NCBI GenBank assembly: GCA_947502305.1
Contig: CANMZA010000002.1
Location: 275,041-339,040 of the forward strand
Length of the DNA stretch: 64,000 bases
Reading direction: 5' to 3'
Source of the DNA: an uncultured Erythrobacter sp.
Lineage (GTDB): Bacteria; Pseudomonadota; Alphaproteobacteria; Sphingomonadales; Sphingomonadaceae
Part shown: piece after piece, positions 39,739 to 49,153 of the stretch
How positions within the stretch are numbered: position 1 is the first letter of the stretch
Layout: the number at the start of each line of letters is the position of its first letter
Program-made: the position numbers and the translations under genes
Notes under the pieces: model-generated
Database searches by the model: none
What the model was told of the DNA's origin: nothing
What the model saw: the letters and a program-made list of their open reading frames with translations, nothing else

Positions 39739-41625
39739 TTGAAGTCTATGGAACGCACGCGCATTCTGACCTTGATCGCCGGGATGGTGGCAGCGCTGGC
39801 TCTCTGGCTAGCACCGGGCGGTGCCTATGCGCAGGATGGCGTGCAAAAGGGTGTACAAAGTGGTGCGCAGAATAGTGCGCAGGCGCAGTCGCCGCCGAGC
39901 TTCGCATCGACCTGTCATGCCGCGACAGGATCGGATGTTTCGTTTGAGGACATGGTGCTTGCGCTTGATAAGGGCGCGCAAACCTCCGCCGGTTGGACCT
40001 GCGACAACAGCGATTGGCGCGCTGATGAGCCCGCCGCTTGGGTTCTGTTTGATAAAGCCGAATGGGCAGGCGAAGAAGTGCCGCGCTTTTTCTTTAGCCG
40101 GATCGCGCGTTTCGAAACCATCACCTTTGCTGCGTTGGACGATGACGGCACAATGCGCTTCGCCCGTTTTACCGAGGCACAGGGCGACCCATTTGCCGCA
40201 GGTCCGGTGTTCCAATTAGAACTGCCCGAAGTGACCGCAGAAACGCGCGCGGTGATTATGCGCGTCCAGCGGCCGCATTCGGTCCCGCTGCTAACCGAGG
40301 CGCGGTTGGCGCATTTGCCCGAGGATGCCGACTGGTCTCAGATTGATATGATGCTGCTCGCGCTGGTGATCGGCATGTTGGTGCTGCCGCTATTTTTCGA
40401 TATTTCCTTCTTCATTGTGTTGCGAGAACGGTTCGTGGCGCTGCATGCGGTGATGGTTGTTTCGATGATCACCTATGTGATGTTCGCTGGCGGTTTGATT
40501 TCAGTGTTTGCCGATGTTCCGCTGCGCGTGATTGCGGTGGCCGGGCCGCTGGCTTGGGCGGTAGGGTGCGGGTTGTCGGCGCTGTTCCTTGCCGATTTCC
40601 TTGAGGACCGCGCCCAATCGCTGTTCATGCAAAGATTGACGATCGGCGCGGGCATTTGGACCATTATCGTACCCGGTTTCTTCGCTCTGCAATTGCACAC
40701 GACGCAGCCGCTTGATGATCGCGCCTATTTCCTCACCTTTGTTCCAGCAATCACGGTCATCACCGCCGCCATCGTCGAGGCCATATGGCGAGGAAGCAGG
40801 TCGGCGCGTTTTATCGCAGCCGCTTGGACGCCAATTATGTTCGCATCGCTGGATCGGATGCTGCGCGGATTGGGCGTCTATGTTGGGCCATCGCACCTTG
40901 ATCAGGCGCTCTATGTCGCCACCGGGATCGAAGTGATGATGATCAGCCTTGCGATCGCGGATCGTTTTCTGGCGCTGCGCCGGGAACGCGATGCGGCGGT
41001 GACGGAGGCGCGGATGATGGAGCAATTGTCTGAGCGTGATCCGCTCACATCTTTGATGAACCGCCGCGCGGTGGAGGCCCGCTTTGCTGATCTGCGATCA
41101 CAGGGTTTTGACACATTCGCGGTGATCGATCTTGATCAGTTCAAACAGATCAATGATCAATTTGGCCACCAAATCGGTGACCGCGCCCTTGTCGCCTGCG
41201 GGGAGGCTTTGCAAAGCGGCGGAGGCGGAAGAGACCGCGATATTATCGCGGTGCGCCTCGGCGGTGACGAATTTGTCCTTTTGCTGCGCGGAAGGCGCAG
41301 TATCGAACGGGCCGAAGCCCTGCGTCAGGCGATCCCGCTCAGGATTGCTGCGGATGTGCCGGGGCTCGACCGGCCCGTTACCGCCAGCATGGGCGTGATC
41401 GAATTGCCGCGCGCGGCGGGTCAATTTATGACCTTCCACGATCTTTACGCCCGCGCAGATCAATTGCTTTATGAAGCCAAGGCATCGGGCCGAAACCGGA
41501 TGTATTTTGAGCGCCTAGAACTGTTCAGCGAAGCGCCGCCCGCTCGGCCGCCCGCTCGGCCGGATGCACGGCCGCCCGCTCGACCGGATGCACAGGGCGA
41601 ACACCGACAAGATATCGCCGCCTAA
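39739..41625 (+). CDS. 7TMR-DISM sensor diguanylate cyclase (GGDEF)
   Basis: 628 aa. Signal peptide, extracellular 7TMR-DISMED2-like domain and seven TM segments. GGDEF domain (RLGGDEF active-site motif; an RxxD-type I-site candidate was not verified). C-terminal PPAR/PDAR repeats. Confidence 0.9.
   Translation: MKSMERTRILTLIAGMVAALALWLAPGGAYAQDGVQKGVQSGAQNSAQAQSPPSFASTCHAATGSDVSFEDMVLALDKGAQTSAGWTCDNSDWRADEPAAWVLFDKAEWAGEEVPRFFFSRIARFETITFAALDDDGTMRFARFTEAQGDPFAAGPVFQLELPEVTAETRAVIMRVQRPHSVPLLTEARLAHLPEDADWSQIDMMLLALVIGMLVLPLFFDISFFIVLRERFVALHAVMVVSMITYVMFAGGLISVFADVPLRVIAVAGPLAWAVGCGLSALFLADFLEDRAQSLFMQRLTIGAGIWTIIVPGFFALQLHTTQPLDDRAYFLTFVPAITVITAAIVEAIWRGSRSARFIAAAWTPIMFASLDRMLRGLGVYVGPSHLDQALYVATGIEVMMISLAIADRFLALRRERDAAVTEARMMEQLSERDPLTSLMNRRAVEARFADLRSQGFDTFAVIDLDQFKQINDQFGHQIGDRALVACGEALQSGGGGRDRDIIAVRLGGDEFVLLLRGRRSIERAEALRQAIPLRIAADVPGLDRPVTASMGVIELPRAAGQFMTFHDLYARADQLLYEAKASGRNRMYFERLELFSEAPPARPPARPDARPPARPDAQGEHRQDIAA
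41536..41595. repeat. 12-nt tandem repeats (CCGCCCGCTCGG / CCGGATGCACGG units, x5) encoding PPAR-PPAR-PDAR-PPAR-PDAQ
   Basis: Read directly from the sequence at the 3-prime end of the diguanylate cyclase gene. Confidence 0.8.
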
Positions 41626-42035
41626 CCTTCGCCAACCACCTGAAACGGGGCGAGCACTTCGGGCCGCACCCGCGCCAATCGCCCGCTTTGTCTATCCAGC
41701 ATCGCCCAAGTGGTGCGCGCAGTCACCAGCACCTTGCCCGAAACGTCAGTAAATTCAGCGACACGAACGGATTTCGCCCCCTTTGCAGGGCCGGGAATAT
41801 GCGTGGTGCCAATCGCGCTTTCGCCCTCGGCAATATTGCCGCGGTAATCGATCTCATGCCGGATCACGACCCAGAAAAATTGGTCTTGGTGCAGCGGATC
41901 AGCCGCCGCCTCCCAATGCGCGGTGGCGAGGTCTTGAATCCACTGCACCCAGACCGAATTGTTCACATGGCCCAGTTCATCAATATGGCGCGGCTCTGCG
42001 GTAAAGGTGCGGGTAAAACTGCGCGTTTCGCTCAC
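41622..42035 (-). CDS. hotdog-fold acyl-CoA thioesterase (4HBT/YbgC-like)
   Basis: The track ORF is over-extended into the peptidase gene. I use the GTG at 42035, which overlaps the upstream TGA (GTGA), giving 137 aa. The pattern HVNNSVWVQWIQDLATAHW is typical of 4HBT thioesterases. Confidence 0.75.
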   Translation of the reverse strand: MSETRSFTRTFTAEPRHIDELGHVNNSVWVQWIQDLATAHWEAAADPLHQDQFFWVVIRHEIDYRGNIAEGESAIGTTHIPGPAKGAKSVRVAEFTDVSGKVLVTARTTWAMLDRQSGRLARVRPEVLAPFQVVGEG

Positions 42036-44221
42036 TCGCCGCCCTCGGTCATCCCCATTTGCCATAGGATAAACGCAAACTCCTCCGCCGTTTCGCGCAA
42101 GGAATTCCACCGGCCCGATTGGCCGCCATGTCCAGCGCCCATATTGGTCTTCATCACCAAGACATTGTCATCGGTTTTCTGATCCCTCAGCAACGCGACC
42201 CATTTGGCCGGTTCCCAATAGGTAACGCGCGGATCGTTCAGGCCCGCTGTGACCATCATTGGCGGGTAATCCTGCGCGGTGACTTGGTCATAGGGAGAAT
42301 AAGAAAGGATATAAGCAAAGGCCTCCTTACTCTCAATCGGGTTGCCCCATTCCTGCCATTCACCCGGCGTCAGCGGCAGATCCGCGTTCAGCATAGTGTT
42401 CAGCACATCGACAAACGGCACATGGCTGACAATCGCGCCATATTGCGCGGGGTCTTGATTGACGATCGCGCCCATCAATTCGCCGCCAGCCGATCCGCCG
42501 CTTGCCGTCACCATGCCTTCTGCGGTGAAACCCTGCGCAATCAATCCGCGCCCGGCATCGACGAAATCGTTGAATGTGTTGGTCCGCTCCAACCCCTTGC
42601 CTTGCAAATACCAACGACGGCCCAAATCATCACCGCCGCGAATATGCGCAATCGCATATGCGAAACCGCGATCCACCAAGGACAAACGTGTCGTTGAGAA
42701 CCCCGGCGGCACTGCATATCCATAGGCGCCGTAAGCATAGAGGTGCAGCGGCCCCGGCCCTTCGATCCCCTGCGCAGCCAGAATTTCCGCGCGGTCTTTG
42801 CGCATCACGATGCTGACGGGGACCATCGTCCCATCGCGCGCTTCGATCTCGATCCGCTGCGTCGTGTAAAGCGATGCGTCATAGCCGCTCGGGATTTCCT
42901 GCTGTTTCAACAGTTCCAGCGACGCGCTCGCCACATCGTAGTCGTAATCGGAATCCGGCGTCACCATGCTTTCATAGGAAAGCCGCAGCACGGTCTGATC
43001 ATATTCAGGATTGTTCGACAGGCCCGCATCATAGCTAGCCTCTGGAAACGCAATCGGGCGGGCATCTAAGGGCGCGTCATAAGTGCGGATTTGCACCTGA
43101 TCGAGGCCGTTTAGACGCCCTTCGGTGACGAAGAATGTTTCGAACAAATCAAAATCGGTGAGGTAAAATTCATCGGACCCCTGCAGCACGGTTTCCCAAT
43201 TGCCCGGCGTCTCCAATGCGGCCTTCGCCAAGCGGAAATTGATGTGATCATCATTGGTCCAGATGAACATTTCGCCTTCACGAATATCCACCCCATATTC
43301 GACGCCGGTTTGGCGCGGTTTTACCAATGTCAGCGGCGCGGTTGGATCGGCGGCGGAGACAAAGCGCACTTCGCTGGTCTCATTATCGCCCGTGGAAATG
43401 ATCAGATAATCTTCCTGAGCCGACAGCCCAGCGCCAACGCCAAAGCTCTCATCCTCTTCTTTGTACAGCACCACATCATCAGAGACCGGCGTGCCTATTA
43501 CATGCAACCGCGCCTCGAGCGTGCGCCAATTCTCCGATGATGGACCGTAAACCAGCGCGGTATCGCCTGCGACCCATGTGAGGTTGCTGCGCAGGTTGGG
43601 AATTTCATCCGCGAGCATTTCGCCCGTCTGCAAATCCATGATCCGCGCGGTGTACCGCTCCGCCCCGCTAGTGTCGGTGGAATAGGCCATGAAACGGCCA
43701 TTCTGACTAATCGACAGCGCGCCGAGGCGGAAATATTCCTGCCCCTCGGCCATGACATTCTCGTCGAGGATCAAGACCGCATCCGCGCCATCCTCCAGAC
43801 CTTTGCGATAATGTTTGCGGTATTGCGCGCCTTCGTCGAATTCCGACCAATAGAGATATTCGCCCATCCGCTGCGGCACGCTGGAATCGTCTTCTTTGAT
43901 CCGCCCGCGCATTTCGGTGAATAGCGATTCCGTCAGCGCCGCCTGCGGCTCCATCTGCGCTTCGAAATAGGTGTTTTCGGCGCGGATATAATCCAGCACA
44001 TCTTCATCGTCGATCTCAGGATAAGATTTATCATAGAGCCAGTCATATGGGTCGCTAATCGTGATCCCGTGATGGGTGTAAGTGTGCTCGCGCTTTTCAG
44101 CGATTGGCGGGGAAATGGTCACGCTAGATTGGTCCTCATGTGAGTCGGCGATGGCAGCGCTAGCAGTCAAAGCCGCAAGGGCCGCAGCGCATGTAAGAAG
44201 AGAGAGACGGGATTTCGACAT
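42032..44221 (-). CDS. S9-family prolyl oligopeptidase / oligopeptidase B-like serine protease
   Basis: 729 aa with a signal peptide. N-terminal beta-propeller region. Catalytic domain with nucleophile motif GGSAGG (ASGGSAGGELMG) and downstream Asp/His regions. Confidence 0.9.
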   Translation of the reverse strand: MSKSRLSLLTCAAALAALTASAAIADSHEDQSSVTISPPIAEKREHTYTHHGITISDPYDWLYDKSYPEIDDEDVLDYIRAENTYFEAQMEPQAALTESLFTEMRGRIKEDDSSVPQRMGEYLYWSEFDEGAQYRKHYRKGLEDGADAVLILDENVMAEGQEYFRLGALSISQNGRFMAYSTDTSGAERYTARIMDLQTGEMLADEIPNLRSNLTWVAGDTALVYGPSSENWRTLEARLHVIGTPVSDDVVLYKEEDESFGVGAGLSAQEDYLIISTGDNETSEVRFVSAADPTAPLTLVKPRQTGVEYGVDIREGEMFIWTNDDHINFRLAKAALETPGNWETVLQGSDEFYLTDFDLFETFFVTEGRLNGLDQVQIRTYDAPLDARPIAFPEASYDAGLSNNPEYDQTVLRLSYESMVTPDSDYDYDVASASLELLKQQEIPSGYDASLYTTQRIEIEARDGTMVPVSIVMRKDRAEILAAQGIEGPGPLHLYAYGAYGYAVPPGFSTTRLSLVDRGFAYAIAHIRGGDDLGRRWYLQGKGLERTNTFNDFVDAGRGLIAQGFTAEGMVTASGGSAGGELMGAIVNQDPAQYGAIVSHVPFVDVLNTMLNADLPLTPGEWQEWGNPIESKEAFAYILSYSPYDQVTAQDYPPMMVTAGLNDPRVTYWEPAKWVALLRDQKTDDNVLVMKTNMGAGHGGQSGRWNSLRETAEEFAFILWQMGMTEGGE

Positions 44222-44347
44222 TGGGGCGGATCCTTATCGCGGCACGCGCCGCTGGAAAGAGACAGCCAATCGGCCTATATGTAGCGCTTACAGATATTCA
44301 TCCTCGCGGGGCAAGGTCTGTGCGAGAACTAGCCGGGAAACGACCAA

Positions 44348-46162
44348 ATGTTGATGCAAACTCACGAAGCCCGTTTGAAAGCGCTGCGCGAAGAATTGAA
44401 ACGCCGGGGGCTGCACGGTTTTGTGATCCCGATTTCTGATGAGCATATGAGCGAATATGTCGGCGAATATGCGCAGCGCCTCGCATGGCTCACTGGCTTT
44501 GGCGGATCGGCGGGGTTTGCGGCCGTGACGCTGGATCACGCGGCGATCTTTGTCGATGGACGCTATACCGTGCAGGTGAAAGATCAGGTCGATGAAGGTC
44601 TGTTCGAATATCGCAGCATTCCGGGCGACAGTTTGGGCGATTGGCTGAAAGAGGTGAGCGAGGAGGGCGCGCAAATCGCCTATGATCCGTGGCTGCACAC
44701 ATGGAATTGGGTGGCGTCCTTAGAGGCCGCGGTGAAGCCTGCGGGCATCACAATGGTTCCGGCGGATGGCAATCCAATCGACGCGGTGTGGTCCGATCAG
44801 CCGGCGGCATCCGATGCGGCGGCGATTGTGCATACCGAGGATCTCGCCGGACGTTCATCAGCGGAAAAGCGCGCCGATGTGGCCGATTGGCTTTGCCATG
44901 AAGGGCTGGATGCGGTGGTCGTCCCGGCGCTCGACTCGATTGCTTGGTTGCTCAATATTCGCGGGCAAGACGTGGCGCACACGCCCGTCGCCTTGTCTTA
45001 TGTGATCGCGCATAAAGATGGCCGGGCTGATTTGTTTATCGCGCCTGAGAAAATGACGCCGGAGGTTACGCAGCATCTGGGCAACGCCATCACTGTCCGC
45101 CCGCGCGATGCGTTTCAGGCGGCTTTGGGCGAATTGTCGGGCAAGAATGTCAGCGTCGATCCTGAATTTGGCGTGGTCGGCATTGCGCAGGCTTTGCGCG
45201 CAGGCGGGGCGAATTTCACGTTCAAGCAAGACCCAACGATCCTCGCCAAAGCGGTCAAAAACGCAGCCGAAGTTCAAGGGCACCGCGATGCGCAGGCGCG
45301 TGACGGCGCGGCGGTGAGCCGGTTCTTGCGCTGGCTAGAAGTGACAGCACCTGCCGGTGAGATCGACGAATTGACTGCCGCTGCGAAGCTCGAAGGCTTC
45401 CGCCGCGAACATGGTGATTTGCGCGATACCAGTTTTGATACCATTTCCGCCGCCGCTGGCCATGCCGCTTTGCCGCATTACCGGGTGGACGAGGAAAGCA
45501 ATATCACGATCCCGCCCGGCTCCATTTATCTGGTCGATTCCGGCGGACAATATCCGGCGGGGACGACCGATATCACGCGCACAGTGTGGATCGACACTCC
45601 GGAGGGCAGCGAGCCAAGCGCCGAAATGAAAGACCGCTTTACGCGTGTTTTGAAAGGTCACATCCAAATCGATCGTGCCGTGTTCCCTGCCGGGACCAGC
45701 GGCGGCCAAATCGACGCATTGGCGCGGCAATATTTGTGGGAAGCCGGGGTCGATTACGCACACGGCACCGGGCACGGCGTCGGCAGTTTTCTGGGCGTCC
45801 ATGAAGGGCCGCAGCGCATTGCAAAACCCGCTGGTGGGCAAGCCGGAACAAGCCAAGAATTGCTTGCCGGGATGATCTGTTCGAACGAGCCGGGCTATTA
45901 CAAAGCGGGCGCGTTCGGCATTCGGATCGAAAATCTGGTGTTGACGGTCGAGCGGGAGATTGAAGGCGCAGAAGGGCGCTATCTCGGTTTTGAACCGCTG
46001 ACATTTGTACCCATCGGGCGGCGCTTGATCGAAAAGAACCTGCTGACCGAAAGCGAGATAGATTGGCTCAATGCCTATCACGATAAAGTGCGCGCAATCC
46101 TTGCTCCGCAGCTGACTGGCGATGATTTGGCTTGGGTGGAGCGCGAGACGGCTGCGTTATAA
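44348..46162 (+). CDS. aminopeptidase P family (M24B Xaa-Pro aminopeptidase)
   Basis: 604 aa. Creatinase/AMP_N-type N-terminal domains. Pita-bread domain metal ligands (DSGGQY, DITRT, HGTGHGVG, NEPGYY, IRIEN). Confidence 0.9.
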   Translation: MLMQTHEARLKALREELKRRGLHGFVIPISDEHMSEYVGEYAQRLAWLTGFGGSAGFAAVTLDHAAIFVDGRYTVQVKDQVDEGLFEYRSIPGDSLGDWLKEVSEEGAQIAYDPWLHTWNWVASLEAAVKPAGITMVPADGNPIDAVWSDQPAASDAAAIVHTEDLAGRSSAEKRADVADWLCHEGLDAVVVPALDSIAWLLNIRGQDVAHTPVALSYVIAHKDGRADLFIAPEKMTPEVTQHLGNAITVRPRDAFQAALGELSGKNVSVDPEFGVVGIAQALRAGGANFTFKQDPTILAKAVKNAAEVQGHRDAQARDGAAVSRFLRWLEVTAPAGEIDELTAAAKLEGFRREHGDLRDTSFDTISAAAGHAALPHYRVDEESNITIPPGSIYLVDSGGQYPAGTTDITRTVWIDTPEGSEPSAEMKDRFTRVLKGHIQIDRAVFPAGTSGGQIDALARQYLWEAGVDYAHGTGHGVGSFLGVHEGPQRIAKPAGGQAGTSQELLAGMICSNEPGYYKAGAFGIRIENLVLTVEREIEGAEGRYLGFEPLTFVPIGRRLIEKNLLTESEIDWLNAYHDKVRAILAPQLTGDDLAWVERETAAL

Positions 46163-46312
46163 GCCAAGGCGACCTACCCTCACAAATACTGACCCACATG
46201 CTGGCCGACATACTAGGGCGCATTTGCGTGATGCGCGATGTTCTAGTAATGTTCCAAAACTCCGAGTCGCAATCGGCGGCGCGGGCTAAAGGGACTTTGT
46301 GGGAGGAACATC

Positions 46313-46696
46313 ATGATCGGTTACGTAACTCTGGGCACCAATGATTTGCCGCGCGCGGCGAAATTTTACGATGCAATTGCCGGACATTTTGGCGTTGGCC
46401 GGATGATGGATTTTGACACTTTTATCGCTTGGGGTGAAATGGCCGGAGCGCCCGGGATCGCGGCGACCAAACCGTTTGACGGCGAAACAGCCAGCGTCGG
46501 GAACGGCACAATGGTCGCCTTGCAAGTCGACGGGCCAGAAAAGGTGCAAGCGGTCTATGACACCGCAATCGCCGAAGGCGGCAGCGATGAGGGCGCACCG
46601 GGACCGCGCGGCGATGATGGCTTTTACGCGGGTTATTTCCGCGATCCAGACGGCAACAAATTGAATGTCTTCTGCATGGTCGCCCCAAAATCATGA
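46313..46696 (+). CDS. VOC-family (glyoxalase/bleomycin-resistance fold) protein
   Basis: 127 aa. MIGYVTLGTNDLPRAAKFYD ... YFRDPDGNKLNVF is the typical VOC pattern. SD GGGAGGA upstream. Confidence 0.8.
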   Translation: MIGYVTLGTNDLPRAAKFYDAIAGHFGVGRMMDFDTFIAWGEMAGAPGIAATKPFDGETASVGNGTMVALQVDGPEKVQAVYDTAIAEGGSDEGAPGPRGDDGFYAGYFRDPDGNKLNVFCMVAPKS

Positions 46697-47088
46697 GCGC
46701 GCACAAATTGAGCGATTCATTCCTACATCTCGGATTAGGGGCGACGGCGGTTCCGCAGCCGCCGTTTTCCGGGTTGGAATGGTATGCGGGTTACGGCGCA
46801 CGCCACGGCGATGACGGGCCAGAAGGCAGGCTGGTTTCGCAGCACACTTTCACCGAAGCATGGGACAGTTGGGAAATGCATCCCAAAGGCGCTGAGGTGG
46901 TTATTTGCACGCATGGCGACATGGTTTTGACGCAGGAATTCCCAGACGGGTCGCGTCAAGAAGTGCCCTTGTCAGCGGGCGAATATGCGATCAACGCGCC
47001 CGGCGTGTGGCACATCGCCGATGTCGAAGAGAGCGCAACAGCGATCTTTATTACAGCAGGCGAAGGGACCGAGCACCGGCCCAGGTAA
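46693..47088 (+). CDS. cupin-domain protein
   Basis: 131 aa. Beta-barrel pattern with EMHPKGAEVVICTHGDM ... AINAPGVWH. The ATG overlaps the upstream stop (ATGA). Confidence 0.65.
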   Translation: MSAHKLSDSFLHLGLGATAVPQPPFSGLEWYAGYGARHGDDGPEGRLVSQHTFTEAWDSWEMHPKGAEVVICTHGDMVLTQEFPDGSRQEVPLSAGEYAINAPGVWHIADVEESATAIFITAGEGTEHRPR

Positions 47089-47436
47089 AGTGGGTCGCTA
47101 CAGTGTTAGGCCTCGGCAAAGCCTTAGATTTCCGGCTTTTCTTGCGCCGGGATGAACCGCAGAGCGCTCAAAATTGCACTCAGGTGAACGGGCCGCGATG
47201 CCTGATACAAACCGCGACAATGTCGCATCATTTCGGGATAATCCTGAGACATTCGCCCACTAGAACAGGCCTCGTGAGTTGCGGCGGAGTTGTCCATTAA
47301 CACCTCCCCCATGATGGTACGGCAATTTAGACGGGACGGGTTTTGACACCCCTCATTACCCTCCCCAGCCGCTATCGACGTTTGTGATGCTTCGTCGCAG
47401 CTCTTCCAAATGACAATCGTTCTGGAAGGACATATT

Positions 47437-48222
47437 ATGCGCAAACTTACCCTCACACTCTCGGCTGCGGCGCTTGCTCTTGGTATTGGCGGCGCAGGAA
47501 TTGCTGTTGCCAATCACCATGGTGCCGGCCACGGGGAACGCGGCTTTGCCGCCGCCGATGCGAATGATGACGGCGTTGTTTCACTCGAAGAAGCCAAAGC
47601 AAAAGCCGCAGAGCGCTTCGCCAAGATGGACGCCAATTCCGATGGCCAGCTTTCCACAGGTGACCGAGACGCCCGGCGCGCTCAACGATTTGCCGAAACC
47701 GATACAGACGGCAATGGCGAAGTCAGCCCCGCCGAAATGACCGCCGCACGCGAAACACGCGATGCGCGCCGAGCGGAGCGCCGCGCTGAACGTCAGGCGA
47801 GCATGTTTGAGCGCGCCGATACAGACGGCAGCGGCGGATTATCCGAAGCCGAAATGATGGCGGCCCGTGAGGCACGCGCCGAACGCAGAGGCGGACGCGG
47901 TGAAGCCCGCGAAGGTCGCCGTGGAAATCGCGGCGAAATGCGACGCGGCGGACGACGGGCCGGCGGGGATCGGGGCCAAAACCGAGCGATGCGCATGATG
48001 CGCCAAGCCGACGCCAACCAAGACGGCACGGTGACGCAGGCTGAATATGACAGCGCGATTGAGGCACGCTTTGCCCGCATCGACACCGATAATTCCGGCA
48101 CCATCACCGCCGAGGAACAGAGCGCTGCCCGCGAAGCGATGCGCGCAGAGCGTCAAGAGCGCCGTGAGCAGCGCCGCCAAGAACGCAGCGCGAAGCCGCA
48201 GGCGACAGCTGAGCATAATTAG
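47437..48222 (+). CDS. secreted protein with six EF-hand calcium-binding loops
   Basis: I start at ATG 47437 (GGAAGGA upstream). Signal peptide MRKLTLTLSAAALALGIGGAGIAVA. Six DxDxDG-type loops: DANDDGVVSLEE, DANSDGQLSTGD, DTDGNGEVSPAE, DTDGSGGLSEAE, DANQDGTVTQAE, DTDNSGTITAEE. Arg/Glu-rich linkers between them. Confidence 0.82.
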   Translation: MRKLTLTLSAAALALGIGGAGIAVANHHGAGHGERGFAAADANDDGVVSLEEAKAKAAERFAKMDANSDGQLSTGDRDARRAQRFAETDTDGNGEVSPAEMTAARETRDARRAERRAERQASMFERADTDGSGGLSEAEMMAAREARAERRGGRGEAREGRRGNRGEMRRGGRRAGGDRGQNRAMRMMRQADANQDGTVTQAEYDSAIEARFARIDTDNSGTITAEEQSAAREAMRAERQERREQRRQERSAKPQATAEHN

Positions 48223-48397
48223 CTCTCCCGCGGGCGGGCATTCGAATGATGCCCGCCTGCAATCACGCCGGTCTGGCGCGCAGCGCCGTGATCAATCGAT
48301 GCGACTAAACTCATGCAGTTTGTGCGCCGGGCCGGCACTTTGGATTTGGCAAGACTTGTGGTCATTCAGCGAAACTTGTGGTCAGTGAATAGCAGCT

Positions 48398-49153
48398 ATG
48401 GAAACCGCCCCCACCTCAATCCTCTTAGTCGATGATGAACCGACCCTGCGCGAACCGCTTGCCGAATATCTGATCGGTCAGGGGTTTACAGTCACCGACG
48501 CGGAAAGCGCACCGGCGGCCCGTGCGGCGCTGACCGAAATCACGCCTGATATTGTCCTACTCGACATTATGATGCCGGGTGAAGACGGATTGTCGCTGTG
48601 CCGCCATCTGGTTGAAACACGGCAATTGCCTGTGATTTTCCTGACCGCTCGCGGGGAGCCGACCGACCGAATCGTCGGATTGGAATTGGGCGCGGATGAC
48701 TACATCGTCAAACCGTTTGAACCGCGAGAATTGGTGGCGCGCATCCGCACCGTCCTGCGCCGCGTCGGACGCAGCGGCAATGCGCAAACAAACACGCAGG
48801 ACTGGCATTACGGATTTGAAGGCTGGGTGCTTGATCCGCTGAAGCGCAAATTGACGGACCCAAACGGTGTCACAATCCCAATCTCAACCGCAGAATTCCG
48901 TTTGCTGCGCGCTTTCCTCGATAATGCCCGCAAAGTGCTCGACCGTGACCGTTTGCTGGATATGGTTCAGGGCCGCACCGCACATCTGTTCGACCGTGCT
49001 GTCGACAATCAAGTCAGCCGATTGCGCCGTAAAATTGAGGCTGACACCAGCGACCCACAATTCATCCAAACCGTGCGCGGGGGCGGTTACCGTTTCTCCG
49101 CAAGCGTCAAACGCATTGTCCCTCCGGCAGATAGCGGCGCGGCCCGCGCATGA
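48398..49153 (+). CDS. OmpR/PhoB-family response regulator
   Basis: 251 aa. Receiver domain (ILLVDDE, LLDIMMPGEDG, KPF). C-terminal winged-helix (TAEFRLLRAFL..., VRGGGYRF). Confidence 0.93.
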   Translation: METAPTSILLVDDEPTLREPLAEYLIGQGFTVTDAESAPAARAALTEITPDIVLLDIMMPGEDGLSLCRHLVETRQLPVIFLTARGEPTDRIVGLELGADDYIVKPFEPRELVARIRTVLRRVGRSGNAQTNTQDWHYGFEGWVLDPLKRKLTDPNGVTIPISTAEFRLLRAFLDNARKVLDRDRLLDMVQGRTAHLFDRAVDNQVSRLRRKIEADTSDPQFIQTVRGGGYRFSASVKRIVPPADSGAARA

